Source: an uncultured Roseibium sp. (lineage in GTDB: Bacteria; Pseudomonadota; Alphaproteobacteria; Rhizobiales; Stappiaceae). Taken from it: DNA of 64,000 nt. Under the pieces are notes generated by a model, which made no database searches, was not told where the DNA came from, and worked only from the letters and a program-made list of their open reading frames with translations. The position numbers and the translations under genes are program-made. The stretch is from NCBI RefSeq assembly GCF_947494555.1, contig NZ_CANLVF010000006.1, forward strand, positions 101,374 to 165,373. The letters run 5' to 3'. Below are positions 38,719-48,971 of the stretch, one piece after another (positions within the stretch are counted from its first letter, which is position 1; every line of letters starts with the position of its first letter).

Positions 38719-40170
38719 TCAGAAGCCGGCCTGTTTGAATGCCGGATACAGTTTGCGCCAGCGGCCATAGGCCTCGGCATAGTGTTCGGTAAGAGACGGA
38801 ACCGGTTCAATGCTGGTTTTCAGAGCCGGTTTTCCAAAAACGCCATCGGTCGATCCGAGCGCGGCGGCCTGACCCAGCCTCGCGGCTCCCAGCGAAGCGC
38901 CGAAATCTCCGTCGACCGGGACGTCCACGGTAACGTTCAGCAAGCTGGCGATGATTTCGAGCCAGGCCTCGGACCGCGATCCACCCCCGACGGCAAGGAC
39001 GCGGTCGATCTTCGTTCCGGCAACGCTCAATGCTTCCAGGCAGTCTTTCAGCGCGAAGGCAACGCCGTCGACTACGGCGTGGGTCAAGGCGTTGTCATCC
39101 GTTTCGTGCGAAATGCCTGCAAAACCGGCGCGGATGGCAACATCATTATGAGGCGTGCGCTCGCCGCCTAGATAGGGAAGGAAGGAAACCGCCGAGGGTC
39201 CTGAGACCCGCCCCAGCGCTTGCGTCAATTCTCCTGGTGTTTTTTTCAGGATCCCGGCGAGCCAGTTAAGGCTGTCGGTAGCCGACAGGATCACACCCAT
39301 CTGATGCCAGGTTTCAGGCACCGCATGACAGAACGCATGCACGGCGCCGTCCACATTGGGCGAGAAACGATCGTTTGTGACGAAGAGAACGCCGGAGGTT
39401 CCGAGCGACACGAAGGCCGACCCCGGATCGACCGCACCGACGCCGCACGCCGATGCGGCATTGTCACCGCCGCCACCGGCGACCACGGGCGGGGCCGAAA
39501 AGCCCCAGCGTGAACAAAGGTCCGGCGTGAGCGTTCCCGACGCTTCCGATCCCTCAACGAGCCGGGGCATTTGAGCACGCGTCAATCCGGTTGCCGCGAG
39601 GAGCTCCTCGCTCCAGTCTCTTCGTGCCACATCCAGCCAGAGCGTGCCCGCGCTGTCGGACATGTCGCCGGCATATTCGCCGGTCAGCTTGAAACGCACG
39701 TAGTCCTTGGGCAGAAGCACCATTGCCGTTTTTGAAAAAATCTCCGGCTCGTTCTCGCGCACCCATTGAAGTTTCGGAGCCGTGAAGCCCGGCATCACCA
39801 GGTTACCGCCAAGGCTATGGAACTTCGGCTCCGCCTTTGTCAGCTCTTCGCACTGTTTTCCCGAGCGGCCATCGTTCCACAAGATGCAGGGGCGCAAAGG
39901 TTGTCCGCTGCTGTCGAGCAGCGTCGCGCCGTGCATATGCCCGGATAGTCCGATCCCTTTCACCGCGGCGAGTTCCGCCGGCGCCTTCGTCTTCAAGGCA
40001 TCCAGCACAATCTCGCAGGCGCGCCACCAGCTGTCGGGATCCTGCTCCGACCAGCCGGGATGCGGACGCTCGACGGTGAGGTCCGACGTTGCCGATGCGA
40101 TCAGGGACTGATCTTCGCCGAGCAGAATGGCTTTGACAGAACTCGTTCCGATGTCGAGACCGATATACAT
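38719..40170 (-). CDS. xylB: Xylulokinase
   Basis: [55 protein letters not shown]. Confidence 0.95.
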   Translation of the reverse strand: MYIGLDIGTSSVKAILLGEDQSLIASATSDLTVERPHPGWSEQDPDSWWRACEIVLDALKTKAPAELAAVKGIGLSGHMHGATLLDSSGQPLRPCILWNDGRSGKQCEELTKAEPKFHSLGGNLVMPGFTAPKLQWVRENEPEIFSKTAMVLLPKDYVRFKLTGEYAGDMSDSAGTLWLDVARRDWSEELLAATGLTRAQMPRLVEGSEASGTLTPDLCSRWGFSAPPVVAGGGGDNAASACGVGAVDPGSAFVSLGTSGVLFVTNDRFSPNVDGAVHAFCHAVPETWHQMGVILSATDSLNWLAGILKKTPGELTQALGRVSGPSAVSFLPYLGGERTPHNDVAIRAGFAGISHETDDNALTHAVVDGVAFALKDCLEALSVAGTKIDRVLAVGGGSRSEAWLEIIASLLNVTVDVPVDGDFGASLGAARLGQAAALGSTDGVFGKPALKTSIEPVPSLTEHYAEAYGRWRKLYPAFKQAGF

Positions 40171-40330
40171 GAGGTGCGTTCCTCAGACTGCATCAAAAAG
40201 AAGGCCGAGCCCCGAGGACGGGATCCGGCGGGAAATTCGCCTATGCGTCATGAGCCGCCAAATTCCGCGGCGGCCAAATTGGGCCTGCGGGCCGGCTCCG
40301 AATTGCCGGACGCCCGCAGGCTCAACCGGT

Positions 40331-41119
40331 TTAGCCGACGGCTTCGTCTTCCACAAGCGCGCCCGGGCCGGGTGTGGCGCCGGGAGGACACTTGCCGAGA
40401 ATGATCATGCCCAGCACGTCATCATCCGTAACGTCGGTCGTCTTAGCCGTGCCGACCAGCTGGCCGTTTTTCATAACCGCCAGGCGGTCGCACAGCTGAA
40501 AAACGTCATGGATGTCGTGGCTGATCAGGAAGATACCGAGGCCCTGTTTCTTCAGTTCCTGGATCAGTTCCGCCACCATCTGGGTTTCGTGAACCCCGAG
40601 TGCGGCGGTCGGCTCGTCCATGATCAGGATCTTGGCGTTGAAATAAACCGCGCGCGCGATGGCGACCGACTGGCGCTGACCACCCGACAAGGCCTTGACC
40701 GGCGCATGGAACTTTTTGAAGTTCGGGTTGAGCTTGCCCATGATCTTGCGGGTTTCCGCCTCCATGGCGTCGTCGTCGACGAAGCCGAAGGCGGTTGTCA
40801 GTTCGCGCCCGAGAAACAGGTTTGATGCCGCATCGAGATTGTCCGCCAGAGCGAGCGTCTGGTAAATCGTCTCGATGTTGTAGGAGCGAGCATCGCGAGG
40901 CGAGTGAATATGCGCCTCGTCCCCATTGATCAGGATCTGTCCGCTGTCAGCCTTGTAGGCACCGGAAAGAATCTTGATCAGCGTCGACTTGCCGGCACCA
41001 TTGTGGCCAAGCAATCCAACAACTTCACCCGGATAGAGATCCACCGTAACGTGGTCGACTGCGTGCACCCCGCCGAAGGAGATGCACATGTCTTTCAATT
41101 CTACGAGAGGTGCTGACAT
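40331..41119 (-). CDS. xylG: Sugar ABC transporter ATP-binding protein (single NBD)
   Basis: [25 protein letters not shown]; context in xyl operon. Confidence 0.85.
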   Translation of the reverse strand: MSAPLVELKDMCISFGGVHAVDHVTVDLYPGEVVGLLGHNGAGKSTLIKILSGAYKADSGQILINGDEAHIHSPRDARSYNIETIYQTLALADNLDAASNLFLGRELTTAFGFVDDDAMEAETRKIMGKLNPNFKKFHAPVKALSGGQRQSVAIARAVYFNAKILIMDEPTAALGVHETQMVAELIQELKKQGLGIFLISHDIHDVFQLCDRLAVMKNGQLVGTAKTTDVTDDDVLGMIILGKCPPGATPGPGALVEDEAVG

Positions 41120-41122
41120 GTC

Positions 41123-42418
41123 TTACTCTCCCGTGCGCTTGCGATAGATGATGTCGACCAGGACAGCCAGAACCAGCACGACGCCGACAACGATGTTCTG
41201 AAGCGGTGCATCCACACCGACCATAGCCATGCCGGACTGGAGCGACTGCATGATCAACGCGCCGAGAATTGCGCCATAGATCGTACCCACACCGCCTGAA
41301 AGAGCGGTCCCGCCGATCACGGCAGCCGCGATAACCCGTAACTCGTCCAGTGTCCCGATATCGTTGGTCGAAAATCCGAGACGCGCCGAGGCGACCGCTG
41401 CGGCAAGGGCACACAATCCACCCATGATCGCGAAGATTTTCACTGTGAGAAAACGGGTGTTGATGCCTGAAAGTTCGGCAGCGTCCGGATTGCCACCAGT
41501 TGCGAATATGTAGCGACCGAGACGCGTGCGCCGCGCGGTAACGGTCATGGCGACAGCTACGAGAATGAGAAGCACCACCGAATACGGAATGCCATATCCA
41601 ACCTGCAAGCCTTCCGGCATGGTCTCGCCAGCCGCCTCAAACATCCGTTTCAGACGGGCGGCGGGGATATGGTAGGCGTTCAAAACGGCGACAAAGCCGA
41701 GGATTGCGAATGTGGTGATAGCGCCCAGTGTCAGCTCGGCCCAGACCGGCTTCACCGGAAAGCCGTGGGACGCGCGCCGGCGGCGCGAGGCAACCTGGAG
41801 CCATAGAACCAGTCCGACAGCAAGCAGGCCGAAGATCCAGGAGGCGCTTTCGCCCATGGTTCCGCCAATGCCACCAAGCATGGTGAAAGTCTCGTTCAGC
41901 GGTCCGATGGTCTGGCCGGACGTGATGAACCAGGCCACGTTTCTCCAGACCAGCAAACCGCCGAGCGTCACGATGAAAGCCGGAATGCCGAGATAACCGA
42001 TCATCCAGCCCTGAAAAGCACCGATCAGGACACCGACGATGACACCCGCAATCAATGCCAGGACCCAGATTGCAGGATGGCCGAGGCCCAGAACTTCGGG
42101 GTGCGCGAGAATGTCCGTCTGAACGACCGCCATCACAGCCGCAACTGTCGCCAGCAGCGAACCGACAGACAGGTCAATGTGACGGGTCACGATGACGAAA
42201 ACCATTCCCGTTGCCATTATGGCGACCGAAACCGTCTGGATCGTGAGATTGAAGATGTTGCGCGGCGTCAGAAACCGTCCATCGGTGAATACGTTGAACA
42301 CCAGGCATAGGACAACAAATGCCCCGATCATACCCAAGAGACGTGTGTCGAGCTGTAACGCGGCAAACATGTTTCGAGCCGCCGGGCGGTCTGAGCCGGG
42401 CAGAGCGGTTTCGGACAT
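41123..42418 (-). CDS. xylH: Sugar ABC transporter permease
   Basis: HIDLSVGS, IPAFIVTLGG, GGNPDAAELSGI, IAAAVIGGTALSGG; ATG 42418 with AGGAG RBS. Confidence 0.88.
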   Translation of the reverse strand: MSETALPGSDRPAARNMFAALQLDTRLLGMIGAFVVLCLVFNVFTDGRFLTPRNIFNLTIQTVSVAIMATGMVFVIVTRHIDLSVGSLLATVAAVMAVVQTDILAHPEVLGLGHPAIWVLALIAGVIVGVLIGAFQGWMIGYLGIPAFIVTLGGLLVWRNVAWFITSGQTIGPLNETFTMLGGIGGTMGESASWIFGLLAVGLVLWLQVASRRRRASHGFPVKPVWAELTLGAITTFAILGFVAVLNAYHIPAARLKRMFEAAGETMPEGLQVGYGIPYSVVLLILVAVAMTVTARRTRLGRYIFATGGNPDAAELSGINTRFLTVKIFAIMGGLCALAAAVASARLGFSTNDIGTLDELRVIAAAVIGGTALSGGVGTIYGAILGALIMQSLQSGMAMVGVDAPLQNIVVGVVLVLAVLVDIIYRKRTGE

Positions 42419-42542
42419 CGAGGTAACTCCTGCTTGGAGACCATTACGCTTTTGCATCGGGTGGTCTGCCCGGGGCGCCGCTTATGCGCCCGTTATATAC
42501 GGCCCCGATCTTACGACCGGGGCCGTGTTTTCGGCAAGCCGA

Positions 42543-43574
42543 TTAGTTACAGGGAGCCGGACCGCCGGAAACACCCTGGCAAAGATCGTCCTTGGAGATC
42601 CAGCCGGCATCGACCACGGCGCTCAGATTGTCCTTGGTGATCGGAAGCGGAGCCAAGAACTTGGCAGTCAGTTCCGTACCGCCCGGTGACGTCCAGCTTG
42701 CGGAGCCGTCGACATCAGACATCTCGGAACCACCTGCAAGTGCGACGGCGATTTCGCCGGCAGCCTTGCCGAGTTCACGTGCGTCCTTCCAGACCGACAC
42801 GGTCTGGGTGCCCTTGGCAACGCGGTTCAAGGCAGCATGATCGCCGTCCTGTCCGGAAACCGGAATGCCGTCCATGCCCTGTGCGGTGAGTGCAGCAACG
42901 ACGCCGCCCGCGGTGCCGTCGTTCGACGCGACAACAGCATCAACCTTGTTGTCGTTCGCCGTCAGGATCTGTTCCATGTTGCGCTGTGCGTTCGCAGGCA
43001 GCCAGCCGTCGGTATAGGCTTCGCCGACGATCTTGATATCGCCGGAGTCGAGCGCGCCCTGAATGACTTCCTGCTGACCACCGCGGAGGAAGTCCGCGTT
43101 CGGGTCGGTCGGAGAGCCTTTAATCATGACGTAGTTGCCCTTTGGCTGAGCAGCGAGAACCGCTGCCGCCTGCATGCGGCCGACTTCGACGTTGTCGAAC
43201 GTCAGGTAGAACGCACGCGGATCGTCGATCAGGCGGTCGTATCCGACAACCGGAATGCCTTCGTCTGCGGCAGCCTGGACAGCCGGGCCGATTGCCTGTG
43301 CGTCCTGCGCCAGGATGATCAGCGCAGTTGCGCCCTGCGCAATCAGCGCCTCAACGTCGGAAAGCTGCTTCGCGGACGAGCTTTGTGCATCAGCGGAAAT
43401 GTATTTCGCGCCGGCAGCGTCCAGTGCGCCCTTGATGGCTGCTTCATCTGTCTTCCAGCGCTCTTCCTGGAAGTTTGACCAGCTGACGCCAACAACAATG
43501 TCTTCTGCACTGGCAGCTGTAATAGCAGTTGCGGACAGCAGAGCTCCCGCCAGCAAAGTGGTGATTTTACGCAT
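42543..43574 (-). CDS. xylF: D-xylose ABC transporter substrate-binding protein
   Basis: Signal peptide; SWSNFQEERWKTD, YDRL, FDNVEVG, NDGTAGG, VSGQD; ATG 43574 with GGAGG RBS. Confidence 0.92.
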   Translation of the reverse strand: MRKITTLLAGALLSATAITAASAEDIVVGVSWSNFQEERWKTDEAAIKGALDAAGAKYISADAQSSSAKQLSDVEALIAQGATALIILAQDAQAIGPAVQAAADEGIPVVGYDRLIDDPRAFYLTFDNVEVGRMQAAAVLAAQPKGNYVMIKGSPTDPNADFLRGGQQEVIQGALDSGDIKIVGEAYTDGWLPANAQRNMEQILTANDNKVDAVVASNDGTAGGVVAALTAQGMDGIPVSGQDGDHAALNRVAKGTQTVSVWKDARELGKAAGEIAVALAGGSEMSDVDGSASWTSPGGTELTAKFLAPLPITKDNLSAVVDAGWISKDDLCQGVSGGPAPCN

Positions 43575-43683
43575 TGCGATGTTTCCTCCAGTTGGCACGG
43601 CTACCAAGTGAGCCCCGCCGAAAATGCGTTATATTCGCCGGCACCTTGTTGCGGTGCCGCATAAAGGACAGCCTTGTTGTTAT

Positions 43684-43705
43684 TTTTTTTGGTGCCCGAA
43701 AAAAA
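43684..43705. promoter_or_regulatory. Candidate ROK (XylR) operator
   Basis: T7-GGTGCCCG-A7 inverted tract in the xylF/xylR divergent promoter region. Confidence 0.35.
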
Positions 43706-43841
43706 GTTGCAGGAAAGCGCAGCTCCTGTCAACATGGTTTTGCAAAACTCTGGTCACGAAGGCTATAAATTGTCATCGGAACGGAGAAAAACCGGGAGAA
43801 ACCCGGGACAGAGGAAACACCTTGGGAAGAGCTGAGCGAGC

Positions 43842-45107
43842 ATGACACGCAAGGCGGACCGGGATCAGATCCGGCGGCAAAACAGAAGTATCGTACTCCA
43901 GGCACTGCGCAGGAGCGGTCCCATGGCGCGGATCGATCTTGGCCAAATCACGCGGCTCAGTCCTGCGACGGTTACGGCCATAACCTCCGATTTGCTGGAT
44001 CAGGGACTGATCCTGAGCCTGGAAAGCGAGGAACCGAAAACGCACCAGGCGCGGGGCAGGCCACGAACGCTTCTGAAGCTTGCGCCGGGTGCCGTCTACA
44101 TCATTTGTGCGCGGCTGTCGGTCAACAATATCGACCTTTCGCTGGTCAATTTCGCGGGCGAAGTCGTGCGGGACAAGCGAACCAAGTTCGACAGTGCCAA
44201 GGCAGATGCCAGCAGCTTTCCCGGCGCCTTGACCAGCGCAATCCGAGCCTTTCTGGAGGAAGCCGGGGTCGACCCGTCACACGTCTGCGAGATCGGCGTT
44301 GCGGCTCAAGGTGTTGTCGAAACAGAAACAGGCCAGGTGGCCTGGAGCCCAGCCTTTTCCGGGCGCAAGATCCCGATTGTGGCCCCGCTCCAGGACGCCT
44401 TTGCTGCGGAGTGCTACATCTCCAACGATACCAACATGATCACCGAAGCGCTGCACTGGTCCGACCCCAGCCGGTACAGCGGAACCTTTGCCGTGATCAT
44501 GCTCGACTACGGTGTCGGGATGGGCCTTTATCTGAACAATCAGCTCTTTTCCGGCGCCAGCGGAACGGCCGCGGAGTTCGGGCATGCGAATCATATCCCC
44601 GGGGGTGCGCTCTGTCGGTGCGGAAAACGCGGCTGTCTGGAAGCGTATTTGTCCGACTATGCCCTTGTCAGGGCCGCAAGCCATCTGCCGGAAGACACGG
44701 ACCCAGTCACCATAAAGGCGGGCGTCAGTGGCCTTGCACAGCTGCTGGAACGTGCCGGATCCGGCGACGCGGACGCACTCGACACATTCCAGGAAGCCGG
44801 ACGTGTCCTGGGTTACGGAATTGCGCGGGTGATCGCCATGATCGATCCAAAGCGAATCGTCCTCACGGGCGCTGCGGTACGCGCCTTCTCCTTCATGGAA
44901 CAGAGCATGTGGGAAGGCCTGGAAGAGGCGCTGGTTGCGGACCTTCGGAACAATTTTTCCCTGGATGTGATGCCCTGGAACGAGGACTTCATCCGCAGCG
45001 GGCTGATCGCGCAATCCATGGAACGTCTCGACAAGGACTTTCTCGGAGCCGCCTCACAACGTAGCCGCCGGATCGGGCGTGCGGACAGCGAGGAGTTATC
45101 TGCGTGA
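43842..45107 (+). CDS. xylR: ROK-family transcriptional regulator (XylR-like)
   Basis: N-terminal HTH (ARIDLGQITRLSPATVTAI, GRPR); GVGMG, EFGH, CRCGKRGCLEAY zinc motif; divergent from xylF. Confidence 0.88.
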   Translation: MTRKADRDQIRRQNRSIVLQALRRSGPMARIDLGQITRLSPATVTAITSDLLDQGLILSLESEEPKTHQARGRPRTLLKLAPGAVYIICARLSVNNIDLSLVNFAGEVVRDKRTKFDSAKADASSFPGALTSAIRAFLEEAGVDPSHVCEIGVAAQGVVETETGQVAWSPAFSGRKIPIVAPLQDAFAAECYISNDTNMITEALHWSDPSRYSGTFAVIMLDYGVGMGLYLNNQLFSGASGTAAEFGHANHIPGGALCRCGKRGCLEAYLSDYALVRAASHLPEDTDPVTIKAGVSGLAQLLERAGSGDADALDTFQEAGRVLGYGIARVIAMIDPKRIVLTGAAVRAFSFMEQSMWEGLEEALVADLRNNFSLDVMPWNEDFIRSGLIAQSMERLDKDFLGAASQRSRRIGRADSEELSA

Positions 45108-46531
45108 CCGATTTTTCGCGACTGGGCGTCCTGATGACCTGCGCCGGGTTGGCCTTTCCCACGCCCTTGTCTGCCGACCCGGATCTACCGCCCTGGAGCG
45201 AGCGGGCGATCCAGGAGGATATCGACATTGAAGCGCTGGCAGCGTCGGGGCAGGATCCAATTCCCGTTCTCCAGCCACTCGGCGAGCACTTGTTTTCCGC
45301 CAAGTTCACAAGTCTCGACGGCGCGGGCCGGCCTGACGCAACTGGAGCCATTGTTCCGACAAAAGTCCGCCGGAAGTCGCATCTCACTTTCCAGCGCCTT
45401 GCCGGACCGGATGCAAACGCGTGTGCGTCCTGCCACAACGAACCCGTTGTCGGGGGCGCCGGTTCGTTCACCGCAAATGTGTTTGTATCCGAAGGCTTCG
45501 AAAGTGCGGATTTCGATACGATCGACCCGCAGTTCTCAAACGAGCGCAATACCAATGCGCTCCAGGGAGCAGGGTTGATCGAATTGCTTGCCCGCGAGAT
45601 GACGACCGATTTGCGCACAGCAAGACAGTCGCTTCTCAAAAAGGCGCGCACCAGCGGACAGCCGGAGAAGACGGAACTTGAAACCAAGGGCGTAACATTC
45701 GGGAGCCTGACAGCCTTCCCGGACGGTACGCTCGATGTTTCCGGGCTGGACGGCGTCGACGACGACCTGACCATCCGCCCCTTCAGCCAAAAAGGTGTCT
45801 TTGCCTCGCTCCGCCAGTTCACGGTCAATGCCATGAATGCCCACCACGGAATTCAGCCGAGCGAACGTTTCGGCCCGAAGTGGACCGGCACGAGAGATTT
45901 CGACGCCGACGGCATCGCTGACGAGATGTCGACAGGCCAGATTTCCGCACTGGTGGCCTGGCAGGCGACACTGCCGGCACCGACACGCATGCAGGATTTG
46001 CCCGACGTCTGGGAAACCGCCAGCGCCGAGGGCGAACAGGTTTTCGGGACAATCGGATGCAGTTCCTGCCATATTCCATCCTTGCCGCTGGACTCGCTCG
46101 TCTTTCACGATCCTGGCCCGTTCGATACGGCCGGAACCCTGCGCCCGAGCGACTTGGACACACCGTTGGCGCTCGATCTTGCGACGCTGAAGTGGGTGCA
46201 GGCCCTGCCGAAGGACGCGCAGGGCCGCGTGCTGGTGCCGCTTTACGGCGACCTCAAGCGCCACGAAATCGCAGATACGCAAAACGAGACCTATGGCAAT
46301 GAACTCCTTGCTCAGAGATTTGTTGCCAGGGATGTCTTCATTACCGCCGAGCTCTGGGGGATCGGCAGCACGGCGCCTTATGGTCATCGCGGCGACCTGA
46401 CGACATTGAACGAGGCGATCCTCGCGCACGGTGGTGCGGCAACAGAAAGCCGCAAGGCCTATTCGGGCCTTGCGGAAGAAGAACGGCAATCCGTTATCGC
46501 ATTCTTGCGCAGCCTGGAGATCGCCCAATGA
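45104..46531 (+). CDS. Secreted di-heme c-type protein (di-heme oxidoreductase DHOR-like)
   Basis: GTGA overlap with the xylR stop; signal peptide; CASCH and CSSCH heme motifs; C-terminal LWGIG..PYGH.G..TLNEAILAHGG..FLRSL. Confidence 0.75.
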   Translation: MTDFSRLGVLMTCAGLAFPTPLSADPDLPPWSERAIQEDIDIEALAASGQDPIPVLQPLGEHLFSAKFTSLDGAGRPDATGAIVPTKVRRKSHLTFQRLAGPDANACASCHNEPVVGGAGSFTANVFVSEGFESADFDTIDPQFSNERNTNALQGAGLIELLAREMTTDLRTARQSLLKKARTSGQPEKTELETKGVTFGSLTAFPDGTLDVSGLDGVDDDLTIRPFSQKGVFASLRQFTVNAMNAHHGIQPSERFGPKWTGTRDFDADGIADEMSTGQISALVAWQATLPAPTRMQDLPDVWETASAEGEQVFGTIGCSSCHIPSLPLDSLVFHDPGPFDTAGTLRPSDLDTPLALDLATLKWVQALPKDAQGRVLVPLYGDLKRHEIADTQNETYGNELLAQRFVARDVFITAELWGIGSTAPYGHRGDLTTLNEAILAHGGAATESRKAYSGLAEEERQSVIAFLRSLEIAQ

Positions 46532-48189
46532 CGCGCACTGTTTCGTCCGTGAGCGCTTTGCTGGCCTGCACTCTTGCCGCGTCCGTGCTGCCCGCAACGG
46601 CATCGGAACGGGAAATGTCCCTGGCGCCGGTTCCAGGTTTTGTCGAAGAAGCGCAGGCTGCAGGGCTCGCGCATGTTTATGACGGCGCCTGGGAGTATTT
46701 TGTCGGCGGCGGTGTCGCGATTTTCGACTGCGACGGCGACCGCCGCCCGGATCTCTTCCTGGCTGGTGGCAAGAACCCGTCACAGCTGTTCAAGAATGTT
46801 AGCCCGACCGGGGGTGAACTGGCATTTTCAGGTGTCGAGAGCGGACTTGCGCAGAAGCAATCCGAGAAGGTGCTGGGCGCTTACCCGATCGACTTCGACA
46901 ATGACGACATTCTCGACCTTGTCCTGTTGCGTCTTGGCGAGAACCTGCTCCTGAAGGGCCAGGGAGACTGCACGTTCGAAGTCGCGAACCGTGCGCTGGC
47001 GTTTGACGGTGGCCGCGCTTGGACAACGGCCTTTTCAGCCACATACGAGCCGGGCAGCGAGTATCCGACACTTGCCTTCGGTAACTATGTCGACCGGTCG
47101 CAGCCGGGAGCACCCTGGGGAACCTGTCACGACAATTCCCTGTTTCGGCCGGAGAAATCTGAAGGTGGCACGGTCGCCTATCCGGAGCCCATCCGTCTTT
47201 CGCCCGGATACTGCGCCCTTTCAATTCTGTTCACGGACTGGAACCGTTCCGGCGAGCCGTCGCTGCGGGTTTCCAACGACCGCCACTATTACAGGGGCGG
47301 ACAGGAGCAGCTCTGGGCCGTTCCCCCGAACCGGCCACCGCGTCCGTACCGCAAGACCGACGGCTGGCAGCACCTGAAGATCTGGGGCATGGGCATTGCC
47401 TCCGTTGATCTCGACGTGGACGGCTTTCCCGAATACGCGCTGACGAGCATGGGCGATACCAAACTCCAGAAACTTGATGTGGAATCGGACGAGACGGTTC
47501 CGGTCTATCAGGATATTGCTTTCGATCTCGGACTGACCGCTCACCGCCCCTATGCCGGAGAGGACCTGAAGCCCTCCACCGGCTGGCACTCGGAGTTTCA
47601 GGACGTCAACAATGACGGACTGTGGGACCTCTTCATTGCCAAGGGCAACGTTGAGGCGATGCCTGATTTTGCTGCTTTCGATCCGGACAACCTGCTGATC
47701 GGACAGTGGGACGGAGGCTTTCGGGAAGCCGGTGACCTTTCCGGGATTGGGCTTGACCGGCGGGGCCGCGGAGCCGGGCTTGCGGACTTCAACTCAGACG
47801 GGCTACTCGATCTCGTGGTCGTCAATCGCGCCGCTCCTGTCAGTTTGTTTCGCAATGTCGGACAAGGAAATGCCGCTGCGCCCCAACCTCTCGGAAACTG
47901 GCTTGCCGTCGACATTCGCCAGCCGGGCAGCGCCAACTCAAGAGCGATCGGTGCCAAAATCAGCGTGAAAACCGGAAACCATACGATCGTGAAGGACATC
48001 CAGATCGGCGCCGGCCATGCGTCCGGGCAACTGACATTTGCGCATTTCGGTCTTGGCGTTGCCGAACGGGCGAATGTTCGAATCAAATGGCCGGATGGCG
48101 ACTGGAGCCACGCCTACCGGGTCTTTGCCAACAGCCATGTCATCATTGAACGCGGCTCGGAAAAAGCGCGCCTCTGGTATCCTGAGTAG
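46528..48189 (+). CDS. CRTAC1-family protein (FG-GAP/VCBS propeller + ASPIC/UnbV domain)
   Basis: Signal peptide; repeated DxDGD/DxNND/DFNSDG Ca-binding motifs; C-terminal NSRAIGAKI...GHASGQ...HFGLG...IKWPDG. Confidence 0.85.
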   Translation: MTRTVSSVSALLACTLAASVLPATASEREMSLAPVPGFVEEAQAAGLAHVYDGAWEYFVGGGVAIFDCDGDRRPDLFLAGGKNPSQLFKNVSPTGGELAFSGVESGLAQKQSEKVLGAYPIDFDNDDILDLVLLRLGENLLLKGQGDCTFEVANRALAFDGGRAWTTAFSATYEPGSEYPTLAFGNYVDRSQPGAPWGTCHDNSLFRPEKSEGGTVAYPEPIRLSPGYCALSILFTDWNRSGEPSLRVSNDRHYYRGGQEQLWAVPPNRPPRPYRKTDGWQHLKIWGMGIASVDLDVDGFPEYALTSMGDTKLQKLDVESDETVPVYQDIAFDLGLTAHRPYAGEDLKPSTGWHSEFQDVNNDGLWDLFIAKGNVEAMPDFAAFDPDNLLIGQWDGGFREAGDLSGIGLDRRGRGAGLADFNSDGLLDLVVVNRAAPVSLFRNVGQGNAAAPQPLGNWLAVDIRQPGSANSRAIGAKISVKTGNHTIVKDIQIGAGHASGQLTFAHFGLGVAERANVRIKWPDGDWSHAYRVFANSHVIIERGSEKARLWYPE

Positions 48190-48440
48190 GTTTGCGAACT
48201 TGGCGTAGAGGGCAATTGGCCGGCCATTTTCATGTCGGCAACCGGAAAATGGCCTGGTTTGAAACAAAGTAAAATTTTCTGGGCATAACTTTTAACAAGC
48301 TCGCCGCGTGCCCTTCCCTGCGGCGCTTCTGCCACAATCCAAGGTATAGTCTACAGACTGATAAGGTCGGTTTTCCGCATTCGGGGTGTTGGGCAATTGT
48401 TCCGAACTGCGGGCTAGAGTAGCCGAAGGTGGGCAGTAAA

Positions 48441-48695
48441 ATGTTTGTTGGGTTTTTGATCGGAGCCATATTTTATGGCGCCATGACGCTTGTTTTCCTA
48501 ATCCTTTCGTCCGCGGAGCTTCTGGAAAACTGCATGAGCACGCCGTCGCGGCTCGCCCGGGTATTCGTCATATCCATATTCTGGCCCATGAGCCTCGTTC
48601 TGCTTTCCCTGATTTTTGCATTTACGCGTTACGGCAGGTTGCTTCATCGCCTCGGCGAGAGACCGGTCTTCCGCTTGTCGCATGGCGCTTCATAA
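48441..48695 (+). CDS. Small hypothetical two-TM membrane protein
   Basis: Two hydrophobic segments, the second containing SIFWP; alternative GTG start 48429. Confidence 0.5.
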   Translation: MFVGFLIGAIFYGAMTLVFLILSSAELLENCMSTPSRLARVFVISIFWPMSLVLLSLIFAFTRYGRLLHRLGERPVFRLSHGAS

Positions 48696-48869
48696 AGCGA
48701 CCCGCAATTCCGCGATTCAACCTCTAAACGGTCCGATTTGCGCTATCGGAGCGCAAGTGCGGGTGATGCCGAAATTTTAATCACGCCACTTTTTTGTCAT
48801 AAGTCTTTGCGAATTCAGCATTTTATTTGCTGAATTTTTTTCTCAAGTTTTTAATCGTTCTAAAAATAT

Positions 48870-48885
48870 TTGACTAACTGTTCAA
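48870..48885. promoter_or_regulatory. RutR/PydR-like operator upstream of preT
   Basis: TTGACTAACTGTTCAA; 2 mismatches to TTGACCAnnTGGTCAA; in an AT-rich promoter region. Confidence 0.6.
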
Positions 48886-48971
48886 ATTTTTGCCCAATAG
48901 CATCATAAGCTTCCTCAAAAAAATGAAGGAGGCCACCCAGAGACATGATCGCCAACCTTCCGGAGATCTCC

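Noticed and set aside
37530-38738. 402-aa + strand ORF
   Set aside because: Antisense shadow of xylA; no motifs; expected from GC-rich codon bias.
40200-40330. GC-rich hairpins between xylG and xylB (CCTGCGGG/CCCGCAGG)
   Set aside because: Could be an intercistronic stabiliser, but there is no second copy, U-tract or recognisable ncRNA fold; insufficient support.
44105-45064. 319-aa alternative-frame ORF within xylR, and the antisense 245-aa ORF at 44277-45014
   Set aside because: Arg/Gly/Pro-rich off-frame products fully overlapping a well-supported gene.
45536-46783. 415-aa minus-strand ORF
   Set aside because: Antisense to the di-heme and CRTAC1 genes; low-complexity composition; no family signal.
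46660-47830. Repeated DxDxDG motifs as a novel repeat system
   Set aside because: Explained by the FG-GAP/VCBS blades of the CRTAC1 family.
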